The notes: generated by a model from the sequence alone, not told the origin. A stretch of DNA of 64,000 bases from Vicinamibacterales bacterium (GCA_035250005.1 DATFFM010000184.1:14687-78686); one strand, 5' to 3'; shown: positions 1 through 9,049, counted from the first letter of the stretch. Made by a program: numbers and translations.

Positions 1-393
1 ACCTTGTCAGGCTGCGCGGCCACGCTCGATCGATTCGGTCATGCGGTGGAGCAAATAGATGGGGTGGACGTGCTCCACCTCCCGCCGTTCACCACTCTCC
101 TGATCCGGACCCTGAACTCCGTGTACCGCATGGTCATCACCGGCGGAGGGGAAGTCTGCCTGCAGGGCGGCGTCTTTTTTCCCGAGCCGACGTCGGCCTG
201 CCTCGAGGGGGCCAGCGTCGGGGGAAGCATCGTGAGAGCCGGCTGGATCGGCGTCGGCATGCGGGTAGAAATTCGCTCGGCCGGCCAGCGTATCTCGACC
301 TCACCGGTCCGCACCATTACAACAGTGCCAGCGTCGACTCCCTCGTGCACGGGCTCGCCGTCCGGCTCGACACCCGAACCATGCACCGGCTGA
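1..393 (+). CDS. hypothetical protein, probably 5'-truncated by the window edge
   Basis: Frame 1 is open from base 1 to the TGA at 391-393. Third-position G/C bias is typical of the coding regions here. No recognisable motif. Confidence 0.35.
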   Translation, partial: TLSGCAATLDRFGHAVEQIDGVDVLHLPPFTTLLIRTLNSVYRMVITGGGEVCLQGGVFFPEPTSACLEGASVGGSIVRAGWIGVGMRVEIRSAGQRISTSPVRTITTVPASTPSCTGSPSGSTPEPCTG

Positions 394-1073
394 GAGACCG
401 GGCGACTCATCGCCTCGCTCTGATACTCGCCGGCGCAGCCTGGATCGCGGCGGCCGCACTGACGGCAGCCGAGGTTCCCGAAGACACGATTACGGTTCGC
501 GTCTATCAGGCGGCCGGCCTTCCCTCCTCGCTCGAGCAACAGGCCCTGGCCGAAGCCGAAGTCGTACTGCGGACGGCGCTCGTGGACGTGCGCTGGAGAA
601 GATGCAGCGGGCCGAATCGGTCTTCAGTCTGCGACCAGCCCTTGAGACCATGCGAACTCTTGCTGCGGATCGCACGCGAGGGAACCGCTCGCCAGAACAG
701 GTCGGCCACACTGGGCGACGCCCGCGTCATTCGCCGCGCAGGCTGCGGCGTGCTGGCCTCCGTGTACGTCGATCACGTCGCGTCACTGGCGAAGGCGGCA
801 GGGGCCGAGATCGCAGTGCTTCTCGGCCGCGTCGCCGCACACGAATTAGGGCACCTGATCATGAACACCTCGGCGCACACACGCCGTGGACTGATGCGGC
901 CGAACTGGACGCTGGAGGAGATTCGACAGAATCACGCCGCAGACTGGACGTTCACAAAAGCGGATATCGCGACGATGCGTCGACCAGGCGTCAGATTGCG
1001 TGCCCCGTCAGCCGCCGACCTCTCAACCGGCAGGTGTTCCTCTCCGCAGGACGCCGTCGATGTCCCGCAGTAA
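381..1073 (+). CDS. putative secreted HExxH zinc-metalloprotease-like protein
   Basis: Hydrophobic N-terminal segment LALILAGAAWIAAAALTAAE. HELGH motif within RVAAHELGHLIMNT. Start placed at the internal ATG at 381. The 3' end overlaps the convergent regulator gene. Confidence 0.5.
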   Translation: MHRLRDRATHRLALILAGAAWIAAAALTAAEVPEDTITVRVYQAAGLPSSLEQQALAEAEVVLRTALVDVRWRRCSGPNRSSVCDQPLRPCELLLRIAREGTARQNRSATLGDARVIRRAGCGVLASVYVDHVASLAKAAGAEIAVLLGRVAAHELGHLIMNTSAHTRRGLMRPNWTLEEIRQNHAADWTFTKADIATMRRPGVRLRAPSAADLSTGRCSSPQDAVDVPQ

Positions 1074-3392
1074 CGCATCGATGGAGATACTGCGCCCGGC
1101 CGCATAGGCGCGCGCCCAGCGTGCCGGTCCCAGACGAGCGCGGACGTCGCGTTCCGCCTGCTCTCGGAGATCGTCCAGCGATTTATCGACCACTGTCGCG
1201 CCCGTGCGCTCGGTGACGGCGTCCCGGGCCCCCAGGATGCGCGCCGCCCACGCGTCGTCCCCCTCCAGCACTGCCGCCGCGGCGAGAGGGACCAACGCGT
1301 AGACGAAGGCGAACTTGTCATGGAGCTCCCGGACGTGCGCGAGGCTTTCACGCACCACCGCGATCGCCCCGCTGGCGTGCCCGCGGCGCACGGCGAGGAT
1401 GGCGCGGACATTCAGCGTGAGCGCCATGAACCATGGGCCAGTGTGCCGAAGCACCGAGGTGGCCTCATCGAGCAGGCGTTCCGCGTGCGCGGATTCGCCG
1501 GTCGTCAGCACGACCGCCGCCATCCCGGTCAGTGAATTCCCGAGCCCCCAGGGGAGCGCGAGGGCCCGAAACCTCTCAACCGCCTGGCCGAAGCGCTCGC
1601 TGGCCGCGTCGATATTGCCGCCGGCGTACTCGACGTGGCCCAGCAGATTCTGGGTCAGCGCCATCTCCATCTCCATGTTGCCGGTGTCGTTTGCCAGTGC
1701 CAGGGCGCGGGTCAGCGCGGCTCGAGCCTGCGCCAGTTCGGCTCGCGTGTACAACATCGCACCCGCTCCGAGGAGCATCTTCGCTTCGACCGATGGCGGC
1801 AGAGAAGGACCATGCAGGATCTGTTGATACCAGCGGAGGCCCTCGGCCGCGTGGCCACGAATGACCCAGAAGAAGAACAGGCTCCACGCGATGCTGGACG
1901 CTTCGGCGGAACGGCCGCGATCGATGAGCCAGGTCATGGCGCCGCGGTAGCTTTCGAGATCCTCACGCGTGCGGTCGAGCCATTCGATCTGCGAGAGCCC
2001 GCGCAGCCCCTCGGCGGCCTGGGAGGCTTCAGCGGTGGCGTAGCGCACCAGCCCCTCCATGGCGTCGTCGCGCTCACCCGCAGCGATGAGCTCAAGGGCC
2101 GCGTAGGCCCGAACGGTTTCGAGCATCTGGTAGAGCGGACACGTCGCCACCCCTGAGTTCTCGGCCCGCACGAGAAGGCTCTTGTCGATAAGAGCAGCGG
2201 TCGCGGCGAGCGCTTCGTCGATGCTCTCCACGCGACTATCGCCGCCGGCGAGGACCGCCGAGGCGGCGTCGAGCGGAAAGAGGCCCGGCAACGCGCCGAA
2301 GCGGCGGAAGGCGCACTGCTCGTCCGGTGCGAGCAGCCCATAACTCCACGCGACGGTCGCGTTCATCGTCCGCTGGCGTTCGGGCAGATCGCGGGCGCCG
2401 ACGGTCGAGAACAGCACATCGTGGGTGAGCCGGCGAAGCAGATTCTCCACCGTCAACACTTTCATCCACGGGGCGGCCAGCTCGAGCGCCAGCGGCAATG
2501 CGTCGAGCCGCCGGCAGATCGCGGTTACCGTGGGGGCGTTCTCGGAGGTCAGACGAAAGTCCGGTTGCACCTCTCGAACCCGTTCCACGAACAGCTGCAC
2601 CGCGGGAGCGAGTGCCGGATCGGCTGGCGCCATCGACTCCGAGTCGCTTTCGAGAGCCAGGGGGCCGACGGCGTACTCCCGCTCGCCACGTACGTGGAGC
2701 GGCGCGCGGCTGGTGACCAGCACTCTGAGCGGTGCGACCCACGCCAGGAGGTCAGCGATCAGGGGCGCGGCGTCCAGGACCTGTTCGAAATTGTCGACCA
2801 CCAGCAGCCTGCTCTGGTCGTGACACGCGGCGCGTGCCCGCCTTGGCAAATCGACCGCGGTGACGTCCGCCAACCCGAGAGCCTCGGCGATCGCCGCGGC
2901 GACGAACCCGGCATCCCTAACCGGGGCCAGCGACACAAACGCCACGCGGGTCGCGCCTTCTTCGGCGATCGCCCGTGCGAGCTCCAGCGCCAGGCGGGTC
3001 TTTCCGACGCCGCCCGGGCCGGTCAGGGTGATGAAGCGCACGGAAGGATCAGCGAGCCAGTGCCGCAGCATCTGCACGTCGGCATCGCGCCCCAGAAGGG
3101 GCGTGAGAGGCAGAGGGAGGGAGACGCGGGTCAGTTCATCGATCGCCGCGGCACGCGCGGGCGCCCGCGCGCTGCCGACAAACGCGTCGCGTGATGAACC
3201 GGCCAGGTCCAGTGCGGCAGACAGCGCCCGCACGGTCTCGACCTGGGGCCGGCGCCGCTGCCCGCGCTCCAGGGCGCTGATCGCGTGGACCGACAGGCCC
3301 GCAATCGTTGCCAGCTCCTCCTGGGTGTACCCGGCGGCCTGGCGGAGCGCTTTGAGCTGCGCCCCAAAGGTTCTCGGAGCGCCGACTGTCAT
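1023..3392 (-). CDS. XRE-type HTH + STAND/NB-ARC-like P-loop NTPase + TPR-like repeat protein
   Basis: N-terminal HTH (LKALRQAAGYTQEELATIAGLSVHAISALERG). Walker A is LTGPGGVGKTRLA and the Walker B-like segment is SRLLVVDNFEQV. The C-terminal ~350 aa are helical and repeat-rich (TPR-like). Confidence 0.85.
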   Translation of the reverse strand: MTVGAPRTFGAQLKALRQAAGYTQEELATIAGLSVHAISALERGQRRRPQVETVRALSAALDLAGSSRDAFVGSARAPARAAAIDELTRVSLPLPLTPLLGRDADVQMLRHWLADPSVRFITLTGPGGVGKTRLALELARAIAEEGATRVAFVSLAPVRDAGFVAAAIAEALGLADVTAVDLPRRARAACHDQSRLLVVDNFEQVLDAAPLIADLLAWVAPLRVLVTSRAPLHVRGEREYAVGPLALESDSESMAPADPALAPAVQLFVERVREVQPDFRLTSENAPTVTAICRRLDALPLALELAAPWMKVLTVENLLRRLTHDVLFSTVGARDLPERQRTMNATVAWSYGLLAPDEQCAFRRFGALPGLFPLDAASAVLAGGDSRVESIDEALAATAALIDKSLLVRAENSGVATCPLYQMLETVRAYAALELIAAGERDDAMEGLVRYATAEASQAAEGLRGLSQIEWLDRTREDLESYRGAMTWLIDRGRSAEASSIAWSLFFFWVIRGHAAEGLRWYQQILHGPSLPPSVEAKMLLGAGAMLYTRAELAQARAALTRALALANDTGNMEMEMALTQNLLGHVEYAGGNIDAASERFGQAVERFRALALPWGLGNSLTGMAAVVLTTGESAHAERLLDEATSVLRHTGPWFMALTLNVRAILAVRRGHASGAIAVVRESLAHVRELHDKFAFVYALVPLAAAAVLEGDDAWAARILGARDAVTERTGATVVDKSLDDLREQAERDVRARLGPARWARAYAAGRSISIDALLRDIDGVLRRGTPAG

Positions 3393-3410
3393 GACTCGCT
3401 CATCTTACGC

Positions 3411-3435
3411 CACCCGTACGGAGGGCGTACGGGTG
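3411..3435. promoter_or_regulatory. perfect 10-bp inverted repeat (CACCCGTACG-N5-CGTACGGGTG), candidate operator
   Basis: Read directly from the sequence. It lies in the 96-bp divergent region between the HTH-STAND gene (start 3392) and the cupredoxin gene (ATG 3489). Confidence 0.3.
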
Positions 3436-3488
3436 ATGTGCGGGCGCTGTAGGTGGTCTCCAGTCCGGCCACGTTTCACACTCGCCAC

Positions 3489-3884
3489 ATGACCGACCCC
3501 TCGACGGTGACCACGTTGGCTACGAGCGCGGCAGGATTCCTTGGCCGGGTGCTCCTGGCACTTCCTTTTGTCGTCGCGCTGGCGCTCGAAGCCGGCCCGA
3601 CCCGAACCATCGACGTCACGCTCTCACGCTACGCCTTCTCGCCCGAACGCATCGAGGTCCGGGTTGGCGAGGTGGTGCGGCTGAACATCGTCTCGGCCGA
3701 CGGCGCGCATGGATTTCAGGTGAAGGAGCTCGGGCTGAACGCGCCAATCCCGGCTGGCGGGAAGCCGGTGACGATCGAGCTGACGCCCAGGGAGGCCGGC
3801 ACGTTCAGGATCAGGTGCTCCGAGTATTGCGGACGCGGACATGGCCGCATGACGGCCACGTTGATCGTAACGCCAGGCACGTAA
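3489..3884 (+). CDS. membrane-anchored cupredoxin-domain protein with a CuA-type ligand motif
   Basis: N-terminal hydrophobic helix (FLGRVLLALPFVVALAL). The motif CSEYCGRGHGRM equals C-x3-C-x3-H-x2-M, with an upstream His in DGAHGF, as in COX subunit II/NosZ CuA domains. ATG at 3489 is preferred over the GTG at 3453. Confidence 0.75.
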   Translation: MTDPSTVTTLATSAAGFLGRVLLALPFVVALALEAGPTRTIDVTLSRYAFSPERIEVRVGEVVRLNIVSADGAHGFQVKELGLNAPIPAGGKPVTIELTPREAGTFRIRCSEYCGRGHGRMTATLIVTPGT

Positions 3885-3890
3885 ACGCAG

Positions 3891-4736
3891 ATGAGAGGGA
3901 AGCAATTCATGTTCTTCGTCACACACCGCTCGATCGTCTTCTCGGCCGCCGCGCTGCTCGTCATGACGTCCTCTGTCGCCGGACAGGAGACGCAACCCGC
4001 CATCCACGATGATGCAGAGGTGGTGCTGGCGGAGCCGGACTTCCGCGTTCTCAACCTCCCGTCCACGTTGAGGCTCCCGCGCCACGGATCGAGCTTCCAG
4101 CTCACCCATCGGTTCGACGGCAATCTTCGGCAGGGCAGCTTCAACGAGAATGCCGGCAATCTGTTCGGGCTCGATCAGGGAGCCGTGGTCGGTTTCGAGT
4201 ACCGGTTCGGTATCGCGCGACATCTGCAGGCCGCCATTTACCGGACGGCGATCGACCAGACGTTCCAGTTCTACGGCAAGTTCGACGCCGTGCGCCAGCA
4301 CGGTTCGATCCCGGTGTCGCTCTCGGCGCTCGCCTCAATCGAAGGTGTCGACAATTTCCAGGACCGGTATTCGCCCGCGCTGGGCCTGGTGGCTTCCCGG
4401 ACGGTGAGCGACCGGCTCGCCCTGTACGCCACGCCGGTGTGGGTTCACAACACGGCCGGGATCCTGAACATCGATCGCGACACGTTCTTCGTGGGCATCG
4501 GCGGCCGCGTGCGAGTGAGCTCCACCGTCTACCTCGTGGCCGAGGCCGCTCCCCGTGCCGGCGGCTACCGCCCCGACAAGGCCGCCTACGGGTTCGCCAT
4601 CGAGAAACGGGCCGGCGGTCACCTGTTTCAACTCAACGTCAACAACGGCCAGGGAACGACCTTCGGACAGATCGCGCGCGGCGGCCTCCCGGACAGTCTG
4701 TACCTCGGCTTCAACCTCGCGCGGAAATTCTTCTGA
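3891..4736 (+). CDS. putative outer-membrane beta-barrel protein
   Basis: Signal peptide (IVFSAAALLVMTSSVAGQ). Alternating hydrophobic pattern throughout. C-terminal aromatic residues (LARKFF). Confidence 0.6.
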   Translation: MRGKQFMFFVTHRSIVFSAAALLVMTSSVAGQETQPAIHDDAEVVLAEPDFRVLNLPSTLRLPRHGSSFQLTHRFDGNLRQGSFNENAGNLFGLDQGAVVGFEYRFGIARHLQAAIYRTAIDQTFQFYGKFDAVRQHGSIPVSLSALASIEGVDNFQDRYSPALGLVASRTVSDRLALYATPVWVHNTAGILNIDRDTFFVGIGGRVRVSSTVYLVAEAAPRAGGYRPDKAAYGFAIEKRAGGHLFQLNVNNGQGTTFGQIARGGLPDSLYLGFNLARKFF

Positions 4737-4762
4737 GCGAATACCCAGGAAGGCAGCAGAGC

Positions 4763-5314
4763 ATGAATCGATTTTCAGTCTTCGTCGTCGGTCTCGGCGT
4801 TCTCGCGGCCGGGTGCGGGAGCTCATCCCCCTCCGCACCGTCGCAGGGAACCATCACCACTTCCACATTCACGGTGCCTCTCTCGCCGGCCAACGAGGTG
4901 CCCGCCATCACCAATGCCGATGCGGCCGCCACCGGCACGGCCATCATTGCCCTGACGGTCACCAGGGATGATGCCGGCACCATCACGTCCGCAACCGCGA
5001 ACTTCCAGATCAGCGTTGCCGGATTTCCGGCCGGGACGACGGTGACCGACGCGCATATCCACAACGGGGCAGCGGGCAGCAATGCCGGCGTCGCCGTCAA
5101 CACCACGCTGACATCGGGGGAGCTGGCGATCACCAACGGCAGCGGCTCGGTCACCAAGAACGGGATCAACGTGCCGGCCGACAGAGCCGCGGCGATCCTC
5201 GGCAACCGCGCGGGGCACTACTTCAACGTCCACACGGCGCGTAATCCGGACGGGGCGATCCGAGGTCAGCTTTCGGATGGAACCTTCGATCCGGGCACGC
5301 AGGTTCCGTACTAG
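4763..5314 (+). CDS. CHRD-domain lipoprotein
   Basis: Lipobox LAAGCGSS. CHRD-like signature: LSPANEVP...GTAIIALTV...DAHIHNGAAGSNAGV...YFNVHTARNPDGAIRGQL. Internal ATG at 4763 within ORF 4439-5314; the upstream part of that ORF is Arg-rich junk. Confidence 0.75.
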   Translation: MNRFSVFVVGLGVLAAGCGSSSPSAPSQGTITTSTFTVPLSPANEVPAITNADAAATGTAIIALTVTRDDAGTITSATANFQISVAGFPAGTTVTDAHIHNGAAGSNAGVAVNTTLTSGELAITNGSGSVTKNGINVPADRAAAILGNRAGHYFNVHTARNPDGAIRGQLSDGTFDPGTQVPY

Positions 5315-5371
5315 CGGCACGCGATCCGCCGCAATCACAACACAACATTTCAACAGAGGATACAACCCAAC

Positions 5372-6199
5372 ATGACTCAGGTGAAGTTTGTTCCGCGTTT
5401 CAGTCTCTCCGCATTGTCCGTCGGTGTCGCGCTCGCGTTGCTGAGCGTCGTCCTGGTCCCGGCACACCCGACACAGGCGGCGCTCGTCGAAGCCGGTCAG
5501 GGCCCTCAGCTCCTCATCGGACTCGATGATGACAACCAGGCGAACGCCTTGATTCAGGCTGGCGCTGTCGCAAATCAATCGCTCAACCGCACCGACATTC
5601 TCGACGGCGGCCCTGGCAATGACGTCATCTTTGGATTGAACGGCAACGATGTCATGGATGGTGGCCCCGGTGACGACATCATCCTTGGCGGGCCGGACGG
5701 CGGGGCGGCACCGGGCGGTCCACCCAACAGCGACGTCATGTTGGGCGGACCGGGCGACGACGTGAATCTCTGGGCGCCTGGCGATGGCAGCGAGGCCTTT
5801 ATCGGAGGGCCAGGGGTCGACGCGATCATTTTCGGCGCGACCGATCGCGAGGCTGTTGCCGATCCGGCGACCGGTGTCCGGCTTCCGGCCCTGTCCTTTG
5901 GTGTTCCCGGGTTCCCCCAGGGCATCACCACCGCGGACGTGAGTGGGCTCGGAAACTTCTGCACGGTGGAGGCCAGCCCGTCCGCCGGGTATCAGTTTCT
6001 CGTGCGGTTCCGCTCGGCTGCGACGGGGAACATCGTCGTCACGGTGCGGGTGACGGATGTCGAGCAGGTCTTCTGCACGAGCCAGAGCGGCGCTTCAATC
6101 GCCTTCGCCGATCTGACGGTTCCCGCGCCGGCTTTCGACGTGGTCAGCCTGCCGGAGGTCCAGAGCCTGAACCCGCTCGTCGGCGCGATGATCCGGTAG
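5372..6199 (+). CDS. secreted RTX-like calcium-binding repeat protein
   Basis: Signal peptide, then repeated GGxGxD-type nonapeptides (DGGPGNDVIFGLNGNDVMDGGPGDDIILGGPDGG...LGGPGDDV...IGGPGVDAI). Confidence 0.7.
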   Translation: MTQVKFVPRFSLSALSVGVALALLSVVLVPAHPTQAALVEAGQGPQLLIGLDDDNQANALIQAGAVANQSLNRTDILDGGPGNDVIFGLNGNDVMDGGPGDDIILGGPDGGAAPGGPPNSDVMLGGPGDDVNLWAPGDGSEAFIGGPGVDAIIFGATDREAVADPATGVRLPALSFGVPGFPQGITTADVSGLGNFCTVEASPSAGYQFLVRFRSAATGNIVVTVRVTDVEQVFCTSQSGASIAFADLTVPAPAFDVVSLPEVQSLNPLVGAMIR

Positions 6200-6223
6200 C
6201 CGGACGCAAGCCGATGAAGGTCG

Positions 6224-6617
6224 ATGTCGTTGTGGCCTTCTTCATGGCCTTCGTGTGCTTCGTGCTCCTGGTACCTATACGTGCCGCGCGGCGGGAATGC
6301 CGACTGGACGAGCTGACGGGTGGATCACCAGGGACACGAAGAACACGAAGGGCACGACGGGAGACCACTACGCCAAGCGGCTGAGACTACGAGTCCAGCG
6401 ACTGGTTTTGACTTTTGAAAAAATGTCGTTGTGACCTTCTTCGTGGCCTTCGTGTGCTTCGTGCTCCTGGTGCCTATACGTGCCGCGCGGCGGGGACGCC
6501 GACTGGACGGGCTGACGGGTGGATCACCAGGGACACGAAGGGTACGAAGGGAGACCACCACGCCAGGCGGGTCGGACTACGAGTCAGCAGCGACTGATGT
6601 CTTCTTTTGAAAAAAAA
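6224..6617. repeat. two tandem ~195-199-bp units, each with an internal long imperfect hairpin
   Basis: Unit 1 is 6224-6422 and unit 2 is 6423-6617. They align by eye over their full length with scattered substitutions and one 9-nt indel. Left arm: GGCCTTCGTGTGCTTCGTGCTCCTGGT. Right arm: CACCAGGGACACGAAG(AACACGAAG)GG. Each unit ends in TTTTGAAAAA. Confidence 0.85.
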
Positions 6618-6629
6618 TGGTCGTCCTGG

Positions 6630-7355
6630 ATGTCCATGCGCTTCATCGTGACGGGCCTCTGCGTTATCGCGGTGGCGGCTGTCACGGCCGTGATCTGGTG
6701 GCGTTGGGCCAACGTCGGCCCGGTCCAGCGCGGCGCCGATCTGGCTCTGGCCCAGGGCTGTCTGGGCTGCCACGGAGGGCCTGGCGTGTCTCCGCTGCTC
6801 CCACGCCCCTTCGCGGATCTCGACGACGTCGACCCGGTCACGCTGCGGGAGTGGATTCTCGACGGCATGCCGTCGCGCGTGCGGCAGGACCCCGAGCTCC
6901 GTGAGGCGCTCGCGTCCGCGGCTATACGGATGCCGGCCTGGCGGGGGCGCATCTCTGATGCCCAGGTCGACGATCTCGTGGCCTACGTGCGCGCGTCGGC
7001 CGGCGCCGACGTGCCGGAAGATCCGGTCGCCCGGAAAGGACACGCCGTCGCTGGACGGCTCGGCTGCTTTCGCTGCCACGGCCCGGGCGGGCGCGGCGCG
7101 GGCAGCAATCCGGGGAGCCTCAAAGGCTACATCCCGCCGTGGGACGGCCGCGATTTCGCGGAGCTGGTCGCGGACGAGGGGGAGCTGAGAGAGTGGATCC
7201 TCGATGGCCGTCCGAAACGGCTGCAAGCCAACCGGCTGGCTCGCTTCTTCCTCGATCGTCAGTCGATTCGGATGCCAGCCTTTCGCGGGGAGGTCACCGA
7301 GGAGGAGCTGCGGGCGCTCGAGGCCTATATCGGCTGGCTGCGGGCGCCGGTGTGA
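6630..7355 (+). CDS. membrane-anchored dihaem c-type cytochrome
   Basis: Two CxxCH motifs (GCLGCHG, GCFRCHG), each followed by an RMPA(W/F)RG Met-ligand region. N-terminal TM helix. ATG at 6630 chosen; the upstream part of the ORF lies inside the repeat. Confidence 0.8.
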   Translation: MSMRFIVTGLCVIAVAAVTAVIWWRWANVGPVQRGADLALAQGCLGCHGGPGVSPLLPRPFADLDDVDPVTLREWILDGMPSRVRQDPELREALASAAIRMPAWRGRISDAQVDDLVAYVRASAGADVPEDPVARKGHAVAGRLGCFRCHGPGGRGAGSNPGSLKGYIPPWDGRDFAELVADEGELREWILDGRPKRLQANRLARFFLDRQSIRMPAFRGEVTEEELRALEAYIGWLRAPV

Positions 7356-7439
7356 GCTTCAGCTGCGCGCCGACGGCCTGATCCTCGGGCACGAACTGAC
7401 TATTTTGTGGACTCGGCCGGTTGTCCTTCCGTGGTGAAC

Positions 7440-8000
7440 ATGAAGAAACGTCTTCGGGTCCTGGCGATCTCCGGAAGCCTCCGCCGGGGATCCTCGAACA
7501 GTGCGCTGGTCGAAACCGTGGCCCGGCTCAGTCCGCAGACCGTGGTCGTGTCGATATCCCACGACCTCGCGGAGTTGCCTCACTTCAATCCGGATCTCGA
7601 AGGCGAAACCACGCCCGCGGCGGTCACCAGGTTTCGGGCCAGTCTGCAGGCGTGCGAGGTGGTTCTGATTTCGAGCCCGGAGTACGCCCACGGCGTGCCC
7701 GGCGTGCTGAAGAACGCGCTGGACTGGGTCGTCGCCAGTGGTGAACTGATCGACAAACCGATCGCCTTGATCAACGCGTCTGCTCGGGCCACCCATGCAT
7801 GGACGTCGCTTCGAGAGACGCTGAGCGTGATGTCGGCAAACGTGATCGTTCCGGCATCGATCACGGTTCCGCTCGACGGCCGATCGCTGGATGCGGAGGG
7901 GATCCTCGGCGACCCGGAACTGTCGACCACTCTCAGGTCCGCTCTCGAAGCACTCGTCCGCGCGGGCCTCGACGCGCGCACCATCGCACCGTCGCGGTGA
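7440..8000 (+). CDS. NAD(P)H-dependent FMN reductase family oxidoreductase
   Basis: Matches this family by recognition: LRVLAISGSLRRGSSNS...VVLISSPEYAHGVPGVLKNALDW. Confidence 0.8.
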   Translation: MKKRLRVLAISGSLRRGSSNSALVETVARLSPQTVVVSISHDLAELPHFNPDLEGETTPAAVTRFRASLQACEVVLISSPEYAHGVPGVLKNALDWVVASGELIDKPIALINASARATHAWTSLRETLSVMSANVIVPASITVPLDGRSLDAEGILGDPELSTTLRSALEALVRAGLDARTIAPSR

Positions 8001-8080
8001 TTTGCGGCGGCGGCGTCTCTTTGCAGCTGGGCGCGCCTGCAATGTCGCGGCCGCTCCGCACGGCTTGTCATAGGATACCG

Positions 8081-9049
8081 ATGGCTGAAATCTCGGGGGC
8101 CAACGTGACAGGCAAACGTTCAACGCCGTGGGCGACCGCCGCTCTCCTTCTCGTCCTGTTGCCGGCCGCGGCACCGGTCGCGCAGACCGTCCGTGTGCCT
8201 GGGACCTCGGTGGCGCTGGCGCCGCCTCCCGGATTCTCCCCGTCGTCGCGCTTTCCCGGCTTCGAGCACGCCGACCTCCAGGCCTCGATCATGGTGACTG
8301 AAGTTCCCGGCCCCTTCGCCCAGCTCACCGGGGGCATGACCGCCGCCGGGCTGGCGACCAGAGGGATGACGCTGATCTCGAGGTCCACACCGCAGATCCC
8401 CGGCAAGCGTGCCCTCCTGCTCCACGTATCGCAGTCGGCGGGCGGAACCGACTTTCTGAAATGGATGCTCGTCGCCGGGGACGCCAAAGCGTCCGTGATG
8501 ATCGTCGCGACCTTCCCGAAATCGGCGGAGGGGCAATTGAGCGGAGCCCTCGAGGCTTCGCTGCTGTCCGCAGTGCTGGGCGCCACGCCTCCGAAGGATC
8601 ACTTCGAAGGATTGCCGTTTCGCATCTCCCCAACCCCCGCGCTCAAGATCGCAGGACGGATGAGCAACCTGCTGGTTTTGAGCGAGTCCGGCAACATCGA
8701 GCCACAGGGGCCGCAGGCGGCGGTGTTCGTGGTGGGCAGTTCTCTGGCGCCGGTGGCCCTCACGGATCTGAAGGCGTTCGCGGCAACGCGCGCACGACAG
8801 ACGAAGCAGCTGAAAGGTCTCCGCATCACCCAGGAAGGGCCGACGACGATCGACGGGATCGCGGCGCACGAGCTCCTCGCCGAAGGGACCGACGTCGCGA
8901 CCGGCAGAGCCGTCACGCTGTATCAGGTCGTGCTGCCGGACAGCGGCGGATACATATTGATGCAGGGGATGGTGGCCTCCACCCGCGCGGCGGCGCTGGT
9001 CCCGGAGTTCCGGCGCGTGGCTGACACGTTCCGAAGACTCGCGCGATGA
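8081..9049 (+). CDS. hypothetical secreted protein (two similar halves)
   Basis: Signal peptide ATAALLLVLLPAAAPVAQ. ATG at 8081 inside ORF 7799-9049. No catalytic motif recognised. Confidence 0.55.
   Translation: MAEISGANVTGKRSTPWATAALLLVLLPAAAPVAQTVRVPGTSVALAPPPGFSPSSRFPGFEHADLQASIMVTEVPGPFAQLTGGMTAAGLATRGMTLISRSTPQIPGKRALLLHVSQSAGGTDFLKWMLVAGDAKASVMIVATFPKSAEGQLSGALEASLLSAVLGATPPKDHFEGLPFRISPTPALKIAGRMSNLLVLSESGNIEPQGPQAAVFVVGSSLAPVALTDLKAFAATRARQTKQLKGLRITQEGPTTIDGIAAHELLAEGTDVATGRAVTLYQVVLPDSGGYILMQGMVASTRAAALVPEFRRVADTFRRLAR

Noticed and set aside
4439-4762. N-terminal 108 codons of the track ORF containing the CHRD protein
   Set aside because: This part is Arg-rich and overlaps the end of the barrel gene. 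The internal ATG at 4763 is followed by a lipoprotein signal peptide with a lipobox.
6144-6561. Two reverse-strand ORFs (74 and 78 aa) with near-identical sequence (RSTKHTKA.KK.TTT)
   Set aside because: They are translations of the two tandem repeat units at 6224-6617. Their similarity reflects the DNA duplication, and there is no start context or protein-like pattern.
6224-6617. Possible CRISPR array (also considered for the heptamer arrays at 30340-30395 and 36095-36232)
   Set aside because: No alternation of constant repeats with unique spacers is present. The units are either directly adjacent ~195-bp copies or 7-nt tandem repeats. No cas genes are in the window.
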